IMG/VR virus record: IMGVR_UViG_3300042991_000632
Location: 27,036 to 91,035 of that record
Length of the DNA stretch: 64,000 nt
Strand: one strand, 5' to 3'
Source: a virus
Lineage: Duplodnaviria; Heunggongvirae; Uroviricota; Caudoviricetes
Below the pieces are notes generated by a model. That model made no database searches. It saw only the letters and a list, made by a program, of their open reading frames with translations, and was not told the origin of the DNA. Below, one piece after another: positions 45,396 through 53,931 of this stretch. The translations under genes were made by a program, and so were the position numbers. The number at the start of each line of letters is the position of its first letter. The stretch's first letter is position 1.

Positions 45396-45555
45396 TTAGG
45401 ATTCGTGATTGGGGCAGGATTCGAACCTGCATCTAACTGTTTCGAAAAGTTTACCATTAGCATGTCACATACTGACTTTACTCCGCTTGCGCTGACGAGG
45501 TTCTGCGTGTATGTGTCTTTGGGACGACTCTCCACAAGACATGGTACTTCCATTT
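45396..45555 (-). ncRNA. atypical tRNA-like element (~160 nt): canonical T-arm + 7-bp acceptor stem + U8, non-canonical interior
   Basis: minus-strand GCAGGTTCGAATCCTGC T-arm followed by CCCAATC-A; perfect complement GATTGGG-T(U8) lies 150 nt upstream; putative anticodon arm AACTT-TTTCGAA-CAGTT would read UCG (Arg) but no D-arm can be placed. Confidence 0.4.
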
Positions 45556-45604
45556 CACACCCAATCATAATTAAAGAACGTTATCACGTTACAAATATAA
45601 TCAA

Positions 45605-46027
45605 CTATAATAACTTTACCAAATATTTTATACAAATTTTTGAAGTTTCCATTTCTTTTTTCAAAAGACTCTTGATAACTTCTTTCTTCTCAGGATGTTC
45701 GTCCTTTAATATTATGTCACAGAGAGCGATTAAATTTAAAAGTGGGGTTACTTTGTTACGAATATCTGCTCCAATTACCCCTGATTCAATACAATCAAAC
45801 TCCACCAACTCATAATCATCAAGATTGATCTCCGGTGGAAGTGGTACTGTCTGATGTGCATAATACGCTTTCATTAACTCAACAGTTGCTGTTTCCGGTT
45901 GTGGATTAGGTAATGCACCAGTATAAACAATCCATACACCAGTATTTGGGTCTACATCACTTTCATGAAAACTTATTTCCACAAACTCTTTCGGTTCTCT
46001 TATGGTTCGAAGTGCTTTAAATTTCAT
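45605..46027 (-). CDS. hypothetical protein (140 aa)
   Basis: co-oriented ORF. Confidence 0.5.
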   Translation of the reverse strand: MKFKALRTIREPKEFVEISFHESDVDPNTGVWIVYTGALPNPQPETATVELMKAYYAHQTVPLPPEINLDDYELVEFDCIESGVIGADIRNKVTPLLNLIALCDIILKDEHPEKKEVIKSLLKKEMETSKICIKYLVKLL

Positions 46028-46386
46028 TTCTCTTCTTTTAAACGTAATATTTCAAATCGTGCAGTATTAAGAGCACTATTACATGCTCTCACTTGCCAAT
46101 CGAGTATTTTAATTCGTCTTTCGGTTCGTATGATATAATTATTTAATGCTTCTTTTTTGGTTGGGTATGCATATTTTTTTCTTGATGTTTTTGATACCCA
46201 TTTTTGCCAAGAACCAATTTGATGACCATAATCATTCATTATACCAATCCAATAGCCTTTGGGAGTTTCCTTTATTAAATCATAATCTCTAACTTCCAGT
46301 TTTGGATTTGGGTATAATGGTGATACATATTCACCATTCATGTCTGTTGAAGCATATTCAACTGCTTCATAGCGATAAAATTTCAT
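46024..46386 (-). CDS. hypothetical protein (120 aa)
   Basis: ATGA overlap with upstream gene. Confidence 0.5.
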   Translation of the reverse strand: MKFYRYEAVEYASTDMNGEYVSPLYPNPKLEVRDYDLIKETPKGYWIGIMNDYGHQIGSWQKWVSKTSRKKYAYPTKKEALNNYIIRTERRIKILDWQVRACNSALNTARFEILRLKEEK

Positions 46387-46865
46387 AATGCGTGTGTGTA
46401 ATAATTTTCCGATGTAATTTCTTTACCGCAAGATTTACAAATAAATTTATTGTAAAATTGTGGTTTCATTTTTCCATCCGCTTCATCTGTTTTGTAATTA
46501 AGACAATACTTACATTCTTCATTAGTTTGATTATCAAAATGATGAACTATAACCTCACCACCACAATGCTTACAAGTATAAACATAATACTCAAAGCAAT
46601 ATGGAATACCAAGCAATACCTTGCCATCAGATGCGGTAAACCAGACATTATCAAATCCCTTCGTTTCTCTGGTAAACTCCTTATTACATTTATTGCATCG
46701 GCATTCAGTATGTGTATGGTTCATATTTTTGCCAGAATAGCCAACCAAGGTACTTCTTGTACTAAATGTTGTAACATCTTTTGATTTACAATAAGGACAA
46801 AAAACTCCTTTTTTCCAGAGTTTTGGGTTTGGACGCTCAGTCACCAATTCTAAAAATTCATTCAT
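46383..46865 (-). CDS. multi-zinc-ribbon protein (160 aa)
   Basis: four CxxC pairs (CPYC, CNKC, CKHC, CKSC). Confidence 0.5.
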   Translation of the reverse strand: MNEFLELVTERPNPKLWKKGVFCPYCKSKDVTTFSTRSTLVGYSGKNMNHTHTECRCNKCNKEFTRETKGFDNVWFTASDGKVLLGIPYCFEYYVYTCKHCGGEVIVHHFDNQTNEECKYCLNYKTDEADGKMKPQFYNKFICKSCGKEITSENYYTHAL

Positions 46866-47103
46866 GTTTTATACTTTCATTTAAAATATCTTTTTGAATC
46901 TTTGGTATATAATCTTCATATAACTGCTTTCTTGTTACACTCCAACCAATTTCAGGAAAACTATAATTTTCAAAATATGTATATCTAATCATACCACGAA
47001 GATTTTTACCAGCCTCTTTTGTCTCGCCATTTTCAAGTTTGACTAAGAATTTACCTTCTCCAATGTGAACAATTAAATAATCTTCGATTGGCATGTTACT
47101 CAT
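46858..47103 (-). CDS. hypothetical protein (81 aa)
   Basis: co-oriented ORF. Confidence 0.4.
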   Translation of the reverse strand: MSNMPIEDYLIVHIGEGKFLVKLENGETKEAGKNLRGMIRYTYFENYSFPEIGWSVTRKQLYEDYIPKIQKDILNESIKHE

Positions 47104-47408
47104 TTCAGTTCTTCTTTTTTAATTTTGAACTTGTGTTCGGTATTTTTCTTATACTTCTTTACTAATTTGTCACGATGTATATGACCAATTCGTTCCGCAG
47201 CCATCTTAGCATTCACGCAATATTCCAATCTTTCATCATCGTATGGTTGTCCATTGACAACGGCATTACCAACATAGAGATTTTGAAATGGTTTTCCCAT
47301 ACCTTCTCTCAAAAGAAGTTCAACAGCAACAGTTAATTCTTTTGTTTCTTTGTCAAGAGAATATGTCAACTTGTACGTTCCTTTCATTTCCATTGCTTCT
47401 GCTTTCAT
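47100..47408 (-). CDS. hypothetical protein (102 aa)
   Basis: co-oriented ORF. Confidence 0.4.
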   Translation of the reverse strand: MKAEAMEMKGTYKLTYSLDKETKELTVAVELLLREGMGKPFQNLYVGNAVVNGQPYDDERLEYCVNAKMAAERIGHIHRDKLVKKYKKNTEHKFKIKKEELK

Positions 47409-47409
47409 A

Positions 47410-47670
47410 TCAGTTTATGCTTAAAGGCATTTCATGTTCAACATTCTTTCTTAGTGCTGCAAAATATCCATTCGCCCAATGAATTCTGGCACGTAGATCG
47501 GTATGACAGAATTGTGCTAATTGTTTACCATCTTCATCAGTTATAACAGTATGATAACCTTTGAAGTTTTTCATAACATCATCCAAATCCTGCGTTTTAA
47601 TATGAATTGTTGCAGGAAACCCATTTTCCTTTAAAAATGATACCATTTTATTTTTTGTATTTAATGTCAC
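47410..47670 (-). CDS. hypothetical protein (86 aa)
   Basis: co-oriented ORF. Confidence 0.4.
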   Translation of the reverse strand: MTLNTKNKMVSFLKENGFPATIHIKTQDLDDVMKNFKGYHTVITDEDGKQLAQFCHTDLRARIHWANGYFAALRKNVEHEMPLSIN

Positions 47671-48100
47671 CTGAAAGTGTTTTTACATTGCCAGCAATAT
47701 TTTCGGCTTTCACATCACCACTTGTTGTTGATACGTCACCACCAACATTACCACATTCGATGTCACCACTTACTGTTCTCACACTGCCAGTTACATCCTT
47801 ACAATCAACGTCACCACTTGCTGTTGCAAGTTCATTTACATTACCGTTAACAATCACCTTGTCGCACACATCAACATCTAATTTGTCGATATTGGCATCT
47901 ACCGTGATATTAATTGTTTTACTTTCCGGGGTTACATCAACGCCATCGATTATTACTTTATTATTTGTAACAATGACGTTACGTCCCTCAAACGATTTAC
48001 CATTAATATTTACCATATTTTTACTTTTATCAAAAATGTTTTCAATTGAATCCTCTAAGTCTCCAAAAAAATTTTCTATATCACGAAAAAAATCTTTCAT
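47648..48100 (-). CDS. beta-helical repeat protein, possibly bactofilin-like
   Basis: degenerate G-x-V/I repeats: SGDVDCKDVTGSVRTVSGDIECGNVGGDVSTTSGDVKAENIAGNVKTLSGDI. Confidence 0.35.
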   Translation of the reverse strand: MKDFFRDIENFFGDLEDSIENIFDKSKNMVNINGKSFEGRNVIVTNNKVIIDGVDVTPESKTINITVDANIDKLDVDVCDKVIVNGNVNELATASGDVDCKDVTGSVRTVSGDIECGNVGGDVSTTSGDVKAENIAGNVKTLSGDIKYKK

Positions 48101-48870
48101 TTGTTTTTATATTGATTAACCATTTCTATTTGTATGTATTGCCAGAACCAATTGTGAAGCATTGACAGGTATTTTATATCATTAAATCCATATAAACCAC
48201 ATGAAAAGAAGTCGTGTACTTCAATGATGAAAGTTGTGTTATGGTTATCGCCAATCTTACGTACACCAACATCAAGTGTATATGCAACTGGTGCAGATTT
48301 ATAAACCTTAATTATGTCTTTGATTATATCAACATTAGGGAATAGTGTGAACTCACCAGCATAGCATTGTAAACCAACTAATTTGTTATTATAGACAAAT
48401 GCTCTCCATTCGCTATCTATGGTGATCACACTGGAAAATTGATAATTACCTGCTGGCAGGTTGACCGTTTCGCTTTGATTAAAGATTCCACATGTACCTT
48501 TAATCTTATCGTTTGATTTTATAAACGATTTACCACAGTGAGAAAAATATGCCTCAGTACCATTAAATATATGTCTGTCTGCATATGGAAATAATTCTTC
48601 CGGTACGTTTCTTGGTTTTGGTGAAAGACCATAGAAGTGCTCCAAGAATTTTGTAACAAACTCCACCGTCCCTACCGGGACATAATGTTTTTGTACTGGT
48701 TTGAATTTGAAATCAACGGCTTCCGAGGTACTGTCGAAATATTTTATAAGCACCCTTTCATTTTTATTATTCCTTGCCAACCAATTTTTAAATTCAATTG
48801 TTTGAAGCAATGTGAATGAAAAATCATGGACGATTTTTCCGTTGATCTTTTGAATTAAGAATCTCATCAT
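48097..48870 (-). CDS. possible ATP-grasp-fold protein (257 aa)
   Basis: SEWRAFVYNNKLVG and TLDVGV...FIIEVHDFFSCGLYG resemble ATP-grasp C-terminal strands; weak. Confidence 0.35.
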   Translation of the reverse strand: MMRFLIQKINGKIVHDFSFTLLQTIEFKNWLARNNKNERVLIKYFDSTSEAVDFKFKPVQKHYVPVGTVEFVTKFLEHFYGLSPKPRNVPEELFPYADRHIFNGTEAYFSHCGKSFIKSNDKIKGTCGIFNQSETVNLPAGNYQFSSVITIDSEWRAFVYNNKLVGLQCYAGEFTLFPNVDIIKDIIKVYKSAPVAYTLDVGVRKIGDNHNTTFIIEVHDFFSCGLYGFNDIKYLSMLHNWFWQYIQIEMVNQYKNK

Positions 48871-48871
48871 G

Positions 48872-49321
48872 TCAATTATTTAAAGTCCAAATATACAAAT
48901 ATTTTTCATTAAACCAACCATTACCACATTTTCCACAAGAAATTTTTGTTCTCCTGTGTCTTAAAATTACCCTACCACACCCCGGACAAGTACCATTATA
49001 TTTCGGTTTAAGTCTTGCCTCACCCAGATACAGCCTCTGTGCATTACATCCGATTTCAAGTGCTTTTTGTTTCCAGACATGATTGTGACCATTTTTTCTT
49101 CCGGTAAACGCATGAGCAATTTCATGAAGTATTGTGTCTTTTACCTCATCAGGTGGAAGCATTGGTACAAAATGTCTTGAGAGTGAGATTGTTTTCTTTT
49201 TATATCTGCAATAACCAACCCTTGTCTTAGCATTATCGAATATAAAAACCCATCCGCTTACAATCAGATTATGCCTGTGCATTAAGTCCAGTGCTAATTG
49301 TTTTGCTCGTGTTAGTTCCAT
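48872..49321 (-). CDS. SprT-like zinc metalloprotease with C-terminal zinc ribbon
   Basis: HEIAHAF (HExxH) plus CPGCG...CGKCG; start moved to ATG (MELTRAKQ) because track start is GTG inside promoter motif. Confidence 0.55.
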   Translation of the reverse strand: MELTRAKQLALDLMHRHNLIVSGWVFIFDNAKTRVGYCRYKKKTISLSRHFVPMLPPDEVKDTILHEIAHAFTGRKNGHNHVWKQKALEIGCNAQRLYLGEARLKPKYNGTCPGCGRVILRHRRTKISCGKCGNGWFNEKYLYIWTLNN

Positions 49322-49348
49322 GATTTCATCATACTTTATATTATGTAG

Positions 49349-49380
49349 TACGTTAAAAACATAAAAATATTGCAACACAA
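49349..49380 (-). promoter_or_regulatory. promoter-like motif (minus strand: TGTTGCAATATTTTTATGTTTTTAACGTACTA)
   Basis: recurring motif instance in divergent region. Confidence 0.45.
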
Positions 49381-49443
49381 AGATAGTTTATTTTATGTTA
49401 AAAACAAATTTACGTATTTATTTTTAAAGAAAGTTAATACAGA

Positions 49444-49475
49444 TTGCAATATTTTTCGAAATTTTTCGTATATTG
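49444..49475 (+). promoter_or_regulatory. promoter-like motif (plus strand: TTGCAATATTTTTCGAAATTTTTCGTATATTG)
   Basis: same motif in opposite orientation, heading the plus-strand island. Confidence 0.45.
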
Positions 49476-49503
49476 AGTATGGTATTAACTAAAAATAAAA
49501 AGT

Positions 49504-50055
49504 ATGATACGTAAAATGACATTAATATTTGCGATTATCTTTTTCACAACGATTAAGATAAGCAACGTTACTGCCGTTAAGTTTGGTATTGATACTGCAT
49601 ATAATATGTATCTTATGTCAAACTTGGAGTTGGTGTATGATGATGTTCACGGAACTGTTTATCACCCAAAGGTTAACCAATGCGATAATACACCATTCAT
49701 AACGGGTGATGGTTCACGAATTAATCCGCATACCGCAAATAATGATCGCTGGGTTGCCGTTAGTCAGGATTTGCTTTATTCTGAATATCGTGCTAATCTT
49801 TTAAGGTATCCTGAAAGAGATAAAAGATTTCAGGGTAATATTCGATATGGCGATACTATTTGGGTCGAAAGTCCACATGAAGAAATTAATGGATGGTGGG
49901 TTGTACGTGATGCTATGAATAAAAGGTATGAGAATAAGATCGACTTCCTTCAATCTGGTAGGAATGGTTCAATATACGGTGTATATACAAATATTAGGAT
50001 ATATCGTATTGAAAATTTTAATTATTCCAATCTGAAAAAACACTTGTCGGTTTGA
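49504..50055 (+). CDS. secreted protein (183 aa)
   Basis: N-terminal hydrophobic signal-like segment. Confidence 0.5.
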   Translation: MIRKMTLIFAIIFFTTIKISNVTAVKFGIDTAYNMYLMSNLELVYDDVHGTVYHPKVNQCDNTPFITGDGSRINPHTANNDRWVAVSQDLLYSEYRANLLRYPERDKRFQGNIRYGDTIWVESPHEEINGWWVVRDAMNKRYENKIDFLQSGRNGSIYGVYTNIRIYRIENFNYSNLKKHLSV

Positions 50056-50093
50056 TTAATTTTATCTATACTTGTAAAAAATTTTGAAATATA

Positions 50094-50471
50094 ATGTTGA
50101 ATTGGCAAGACGATCTTAAACGTTACATAGCAAAAAAGTTTAAACAAGCAACTGGCGAAGAAATTCCACTTGCGAATATTAAAACAGTTGAGGTTCATGC
50201 TGATATTGATCTTGCTAAGTTATCTGTTATTGAATTAACATATATGTATGCTTTTTCATTAATGAAAGAAGATTTTGAGCATGCCCAAAAAATTGCAGAC
50301 ATTATAAAAGAGAAAAAGCATAGGATTGAAATTGAAACCGATGATTCAAAAAGAACCGGAAGTGTTAATGTATATAAAGATACGAAACGAAAAAGCAAAG
50401 TTGTTGCTCATGTTTCATTAAAGGTATTGCCGGATGGAATGATGATCGATTTCGAAAAAGAAGAATTTTAA
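50094..50471 (+). CDS. hypothetical protein (125 aa)
   Basis: co-oriented ORF. Confidence 0.45.
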   Translation: MLNWQDDLKRYIAKKFKQATGEEIPLANIKTVEVHADIDLAKLSVIELTYMYAFSLMKEDFEHAQKIADIIKEKKHRIEIETDDSKRTGSVNVYKDTKRKSKVVAHVSLKVLPDGMMIDFEKEEF

Positions 50472-50473
50472 CA

Positions 50474-50965
50474 ATGGAATTCAATAAACCAGTCATATTT
50501 CTCGATATTGATGGTGTGTTGGCAACAACAGCACAATATTATACCAATAAGAAAAGTTGGCATCCAACCTATGCGTGCTATCGTTTTGATGAAAAATGTG
50601 TGAAAGTATTTAATGGTATCGTTGAAAAAACGAATCCGATTATTATACTTTCAAGTGATTGGAAAGATCATTACACTATTGCTATGATGAATGAAATATT
50701 TGAATGGAATGGTGTTAATGCTAAAGTTTCTGGTGTTACAGATTCTTCTTGGGGAGTAAAATTTACAAGTTTACAGCAACTTGAGGAATGCCGTTCATAT
50801 GAGATAAATAAGTATGTCAGCGAAAATGAATTAACCAAGTGGGTTGCTATTGATGATTTAGATTTGAAACTTTGGATGCCTGAGAATTTCGTACTGTGCA
50901 CTCGTGTCAATGAAGGTATAAAACAAAGTGGAGTTAAGGATAAAATTTTAAAAATATTGTTATGA
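50474..50965 (+). CDS. HAD-superfamily phosphatase-like protein
   Basis: motif I FLDIDGVL (DxDG) and later VAIDD. Confidence 0.55.
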   Translation: MEFNKPVIFLDIDGVLATTAQYYTNKKSWHPTYACYRFDEKCVKVFNGIVEKTNPIIILSSDWKDHYTIAMMNEIFEWNGVNAKVSGVTDSSWGVKFTSLQQLEECRSYEINKYVSENELTKWVAIDDLDLKLWMPENFVLCTRVNEGIKQSGVKDKILKILL

Positions 50966-51483
50966 GTAAATTAATTTGTGTTGATTGTGAAAGTGATGGC
51001 GGTTATATGCCGGAATACTCAATGGTATGTTTTGCAGCAATTGTTGTTGAGCCGTCACTAACTAAAACTTTTTACGGCAGAATGAGACCAATTTCAGATA
51101 AATGGAATCCTCAAGCATTAGCAATTAGTGGTTTTAGTCGAGAAGAGCATTTAACGTTTGATGAGCCAGAAAAGGTAATGAAAGAATTTGCCGAATGGTT
51201 GAAATATAATTCAAAAGGTGCGCCAATTGGTATTTCGGATAATAATGGATATGATTTTGGTGTTTGTCTTAATTATTATTTTCACAAATTTTATGGCTCA
51301 AACCCATTCGGATGGTCTTCGAGAAGAATTGGTGATTTATTTTCTGGTGCTGAACACAATATGTGGTATAAATGGAAAAAACACAGAATAACAACACATA
51401 ATCATGATCCAAGAATGGACTGTAAGGGAAATGCAGAAGCGTTGTTATATTTATCAAAAACATATAATATTAAATTACTGTAA
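50962..51483 (+). CDS. DEDDh-type 3'-5' exonuclease-like protein
   Basis: ICVDCES (Exo I D-x-E), SDNNGYDFGVCL (Exo II), HNHDPRMDCKGNAEAL (Exo III H...D). Confidence 0.5.
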   Translation: MSKLICVDCESDGGYMPEYSMVCFAAIVVEPSLTKTFYGRMRPISDKWNPQALAISGFSREEHLTFDEPEKVMKEFAEWLKYNSKGAPIGISDNNGYDFGVCLNYYFHKFYGSNPFGWSSRRIGDLFSGAEHNMWYKWKKHRITTHNHDPRMDCKGNAEALLYLSKTYNIKLL

Positions 51484-51536
51484 TTGTTTTTTGGATTGAT
51501 TAGTATTTATAAAAAATTTAAATATTAGTTTATACA

Positions 51537-52421
51537 ATGAACAATTTTTATGTTTATGGATTATTAGACCCAAGAATTGAAGAAAAATATGAATATCATA
51601 TCGATGATATTAAAATATCTTTTGATTATAAACCTTTTTATATTGGTAAGGGAAAGAAATGGCGAATAGGACAACATTTTTCAAAATATAATTTAAAGAA
51701 AAATACATATAAAAATAATAAAATTTTAAATATACTTAATGCGGGATATAAGCCAATTGGAATAAAAATATTTGAAAATTTAAGTGAAGAAAATGCATAT
51801 GAGTTAGAAATTAAATTAATATCGATAATTGGATTAAATAATTTAACAAATAAAAATACTGGCGGTCTTGGACAAAATAGTGAATCAATTATTGGTGAAA
51901 AAAATCCAATGTTTGGTAAACATCCAATTCCTTGGAATAAGGGGTTGCATGGAATAATAAAAAATCCAAATAAAGGTAAATCACTTGAAGAAATTTGTGG
52001 AAAAGAAAAGGCATTTGAAATAAAGCAGAAGCAAAGTTTGAAAAGAAAGGGAAAAACATGGGAAGAATATTTTGGTGTTGATAAAGCCAGAATGGTGAGA
52101 ATAAAAAGAAGTGAACAAAGGATGGGATATAAACATACCCAAAACACTATCGAAAAAATGAAAAAAAGTTCAACACCTGAGATTATTTCTAATCGCAAAA
52201 ATGCTATGATGAAAAAAAGACAAAATAAATTTGATGATGATATGATGAAATGTAATGATCAAATAAATCAATACCTTCGATTGGGATACACCGATTTGGA
52301 GATTATTAGAAGAATAAATGATATTTCAAGGTTTAGATTAAAAAAAATGATATTTCTATTAAAAAATAATTTAAATAGTGATTATTATTTTCATCAAAAG
52401 TATATTAATACAATTAAATAA
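51537..52421 (+). CDS. GIY-YIG homing endonuclease with NUMOD3-type DNA-binding repeats
   Basis: YVYGLLDP...PFYIGKGK (GIY..YIG), then GEKNPMFGKH, KNPNKGKSLEEI repeats. Confidence 0.7.
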   Translation: MNNFYVYGLLDPRIEEKYEYHIDDIKISFDYKPFYIGKGKKWRIGQHFSKYNLKKNTYKNNKILNILNAGYKPIGIKIFENLSEENAYELEIKLISIIGLNNLTNKNTGGLGQNSESIIGEKNPMFGKHPIPWNKGLHGIIKNPNKGKSLEEICGKEKAFEIKQKQSLKRKGKTWEEYFGVDKARMVRIKRSEQRMGYKHTQNTIEKMKKSSTPEIISNRKNAMMKKRQNKFDDDMMKCNDQINQYLRLGYTDLEIIRRINDISRFRLKKMIFLLKNNLNSDYYFHQKYINTIK

Positions 52422-52679
52422 ATGGACATAATCAAAACGATATTAATGCTGTTCCCGGTAATGATATTTTATCTTGTGGAAGCAATGTTTTCAGCAATTT
52501 TTGTTAATCTTGCATGGAGATTTATATTACAACCTAAATTTGGAATTGAAATAACCTATTTTGATTGGGTTGCAATCATTTGGATCATTAAGATTCTTCT
52601 GTTTGATGTGTTTAAAATGTTAAACGGAGTAAACATAATAAATAATCCAACTAATAGGGAAAATGATGAAATACAGTAA
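52422..52679 (+). CDS. small membrane protein (85 aa)
   Basis: hydrophobic helices. Confidence 0.4.
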   Translation: MDIIKTILMLFPVMIFYLVEAMFSAIFVNLAWRFILQPKFGIEITYFDWVAIIWIIKILLFDVFKMLNGVNIINNPTNRENDEIQ

Positions 52680-52881
52680 AGATACACCCAGAATTACGGT
52701 CAAATTTATTAATGGTGACACTGATCAAATTCTTTTTGAAATAAAAGATAGAAGTTGGATGACGGTTGGTGAGATATTTACGGATCACATGGTATCATCA
52801 TTAATTGAGCAAGAACTGAAAGGTAAAAAATTGCCAAAAAATTTATTGGTACTTGCTGTTGGGGAATATAAATTAATCTGA
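52663..52881 (+). CDS. hypothetical protein (72 aa)
   Basis: co-oriented ORF. Confidence 0.35.
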   Translation: MMKYSKDTPRITVKFINGDTDQILFEIKDRSWMTVGEIFTDHMVSSLIEQELKGKKLPKNLLVLAVGEYKLI

Positions 52882-52883
52882 TT

Positions 52884-52916
52884 TTTTGCAATATTTTTCA
52901 TTATTTTACGTATATT
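52884..52916 (+). promoter_or_regulatory. promoter-like motif (plus strand: TTTTGCAATATTTTTCATTATTTTACGTATATT)
   Basis: recurring motif instance. Confidence 0.5.
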
Positions 52917-52938
52917 AAATGTAATAAAACGTAAAGCG

Positions 52939-53544
52939 ATGAAAAAACTTATTACTTTATTAACAATACTGCTGATAATCGGCAACATGTCCGGTCAGGT
53001 AATTTCCATCTACGAACAACCATACGCCCTTGATTGGGGTCTTAAATCGTTAATGTGCCGGGATCAAAATCCTATGCCACATATTAAGGTTGGTGATAAC
53101 AAATATTACATATTATCATACACGCCTGAGAAATACAATCGCCCAATATATTGTGGATATAGAAATGAAAGGAATTTATATCTATGTCTTGTTGAGTTTA
53201 TTGGCAAAGCCGATAATTGTGGTGATATTTTTAAATATGAAATTGTTTCACCAATTCTCCAGACAGATTATATTCGATGTGAGGATGGCATTGTTTCATA
53301 TACAACATACATGGCATTTGAAAATGAAAGCGATATTTACTTTGATGGCTATAGCGGTTATATGGAAATGTTAGAAAATGGTGACATTATGATACGATTG
53401 GTTAATGTAGCAACTGACAATGAAATTTTAGAAAGGTGTGATCATAATATGAAACCATATTATAAAATATATATCTTAAAACCAACAAATAATGATAAAA
53501 GTAGTACCTTACTCTTTGACATCCGGGAGCAAAAAGTTTTGTGA
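52939..53544 (+). CDS. secreted protein (201 aa)
   Basis: MKKLITLLTILLIIGNMSGQ signal peptide. Confidence 0.45.
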   Translation: MKKLITLLTILLIIGNMSGQVISIYEQPYALDWGLKSLMCRDQNPMPHIKVGDNKYYILSYTPEKYNRPIYCGYRNERNLYLCLVEFIGKADNCGDIFKYEIVSPILQTDYIRCEDGIVSYTTYMAFENESDIYFDGYSGYMEMLENGDIMIRLVNVATDNEILERCDHNMKPYYKIYILKPTNNDKSSTLLFDIREQKVL

Positions 53545-53572
53545 ATTTATTTCACAACCATTTACAACCGAT

Positions 53573-53890
53573 ATGTTATATTCGGTAAATTCGTGCTTTG
53601 ACGGATGGATAAAGACTGCCAATTTATATAAGAATAGTGATGGGTGTATTCTTGAATTTTATTCCAATCATTATACTATTAAGGTTGGTAAACATATTCA
53701 ATATGAATTATCATTGCCAAAAACGATTAGTGATTTTATTAATGATATGCATCGACTTAATATTCAACTTTATTGGACACAATGGATTGATGATAATTTT
53801 GAGCCAAAAGAATATTTGAATGTGAATGAAATTGAAGAATATTACAGAAATTTGTTGGGTAGGATGGGTAAGTCGCATGAGTTATTTTAA
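53573..53890 (+). CDS. hypothetical protein (~105 aa; start uncertain, track start 53492)
   Basis: ORF overlaps previous gene if started at 53492. Confidence 0.35.
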   Translation: MLYSVNSCFDGWIKTANLYKNSDGCILEFYSNHYTIKVGKHIQYELSLPKTISDFINDMHRLNIQLYWTQWIDDNFEPKEYLNVNEIEEYYRNLLGRMGKSHELF

Positions 53891-53931
53891 TATAATTTGG
53901 AATTTAAAAAAATAATATATATATTTGCATC

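Noticed and set aside
45396-45555. tmRNA interpretation of the tRNA-like element
   Set aside because: Length (~160 nt) is far below tmRNA size, there is no TTCGAC D-analog, and the only internal frame ending in TAA (…SSAQAE) does not resemble a degradation tag.
45347-45815. ORFs 45347..45568(-) and 45393..45815(+)
   Set aside because: They overlap the tRNA-like structured element and each other, have no motifs and no start context. More likely non-coding.
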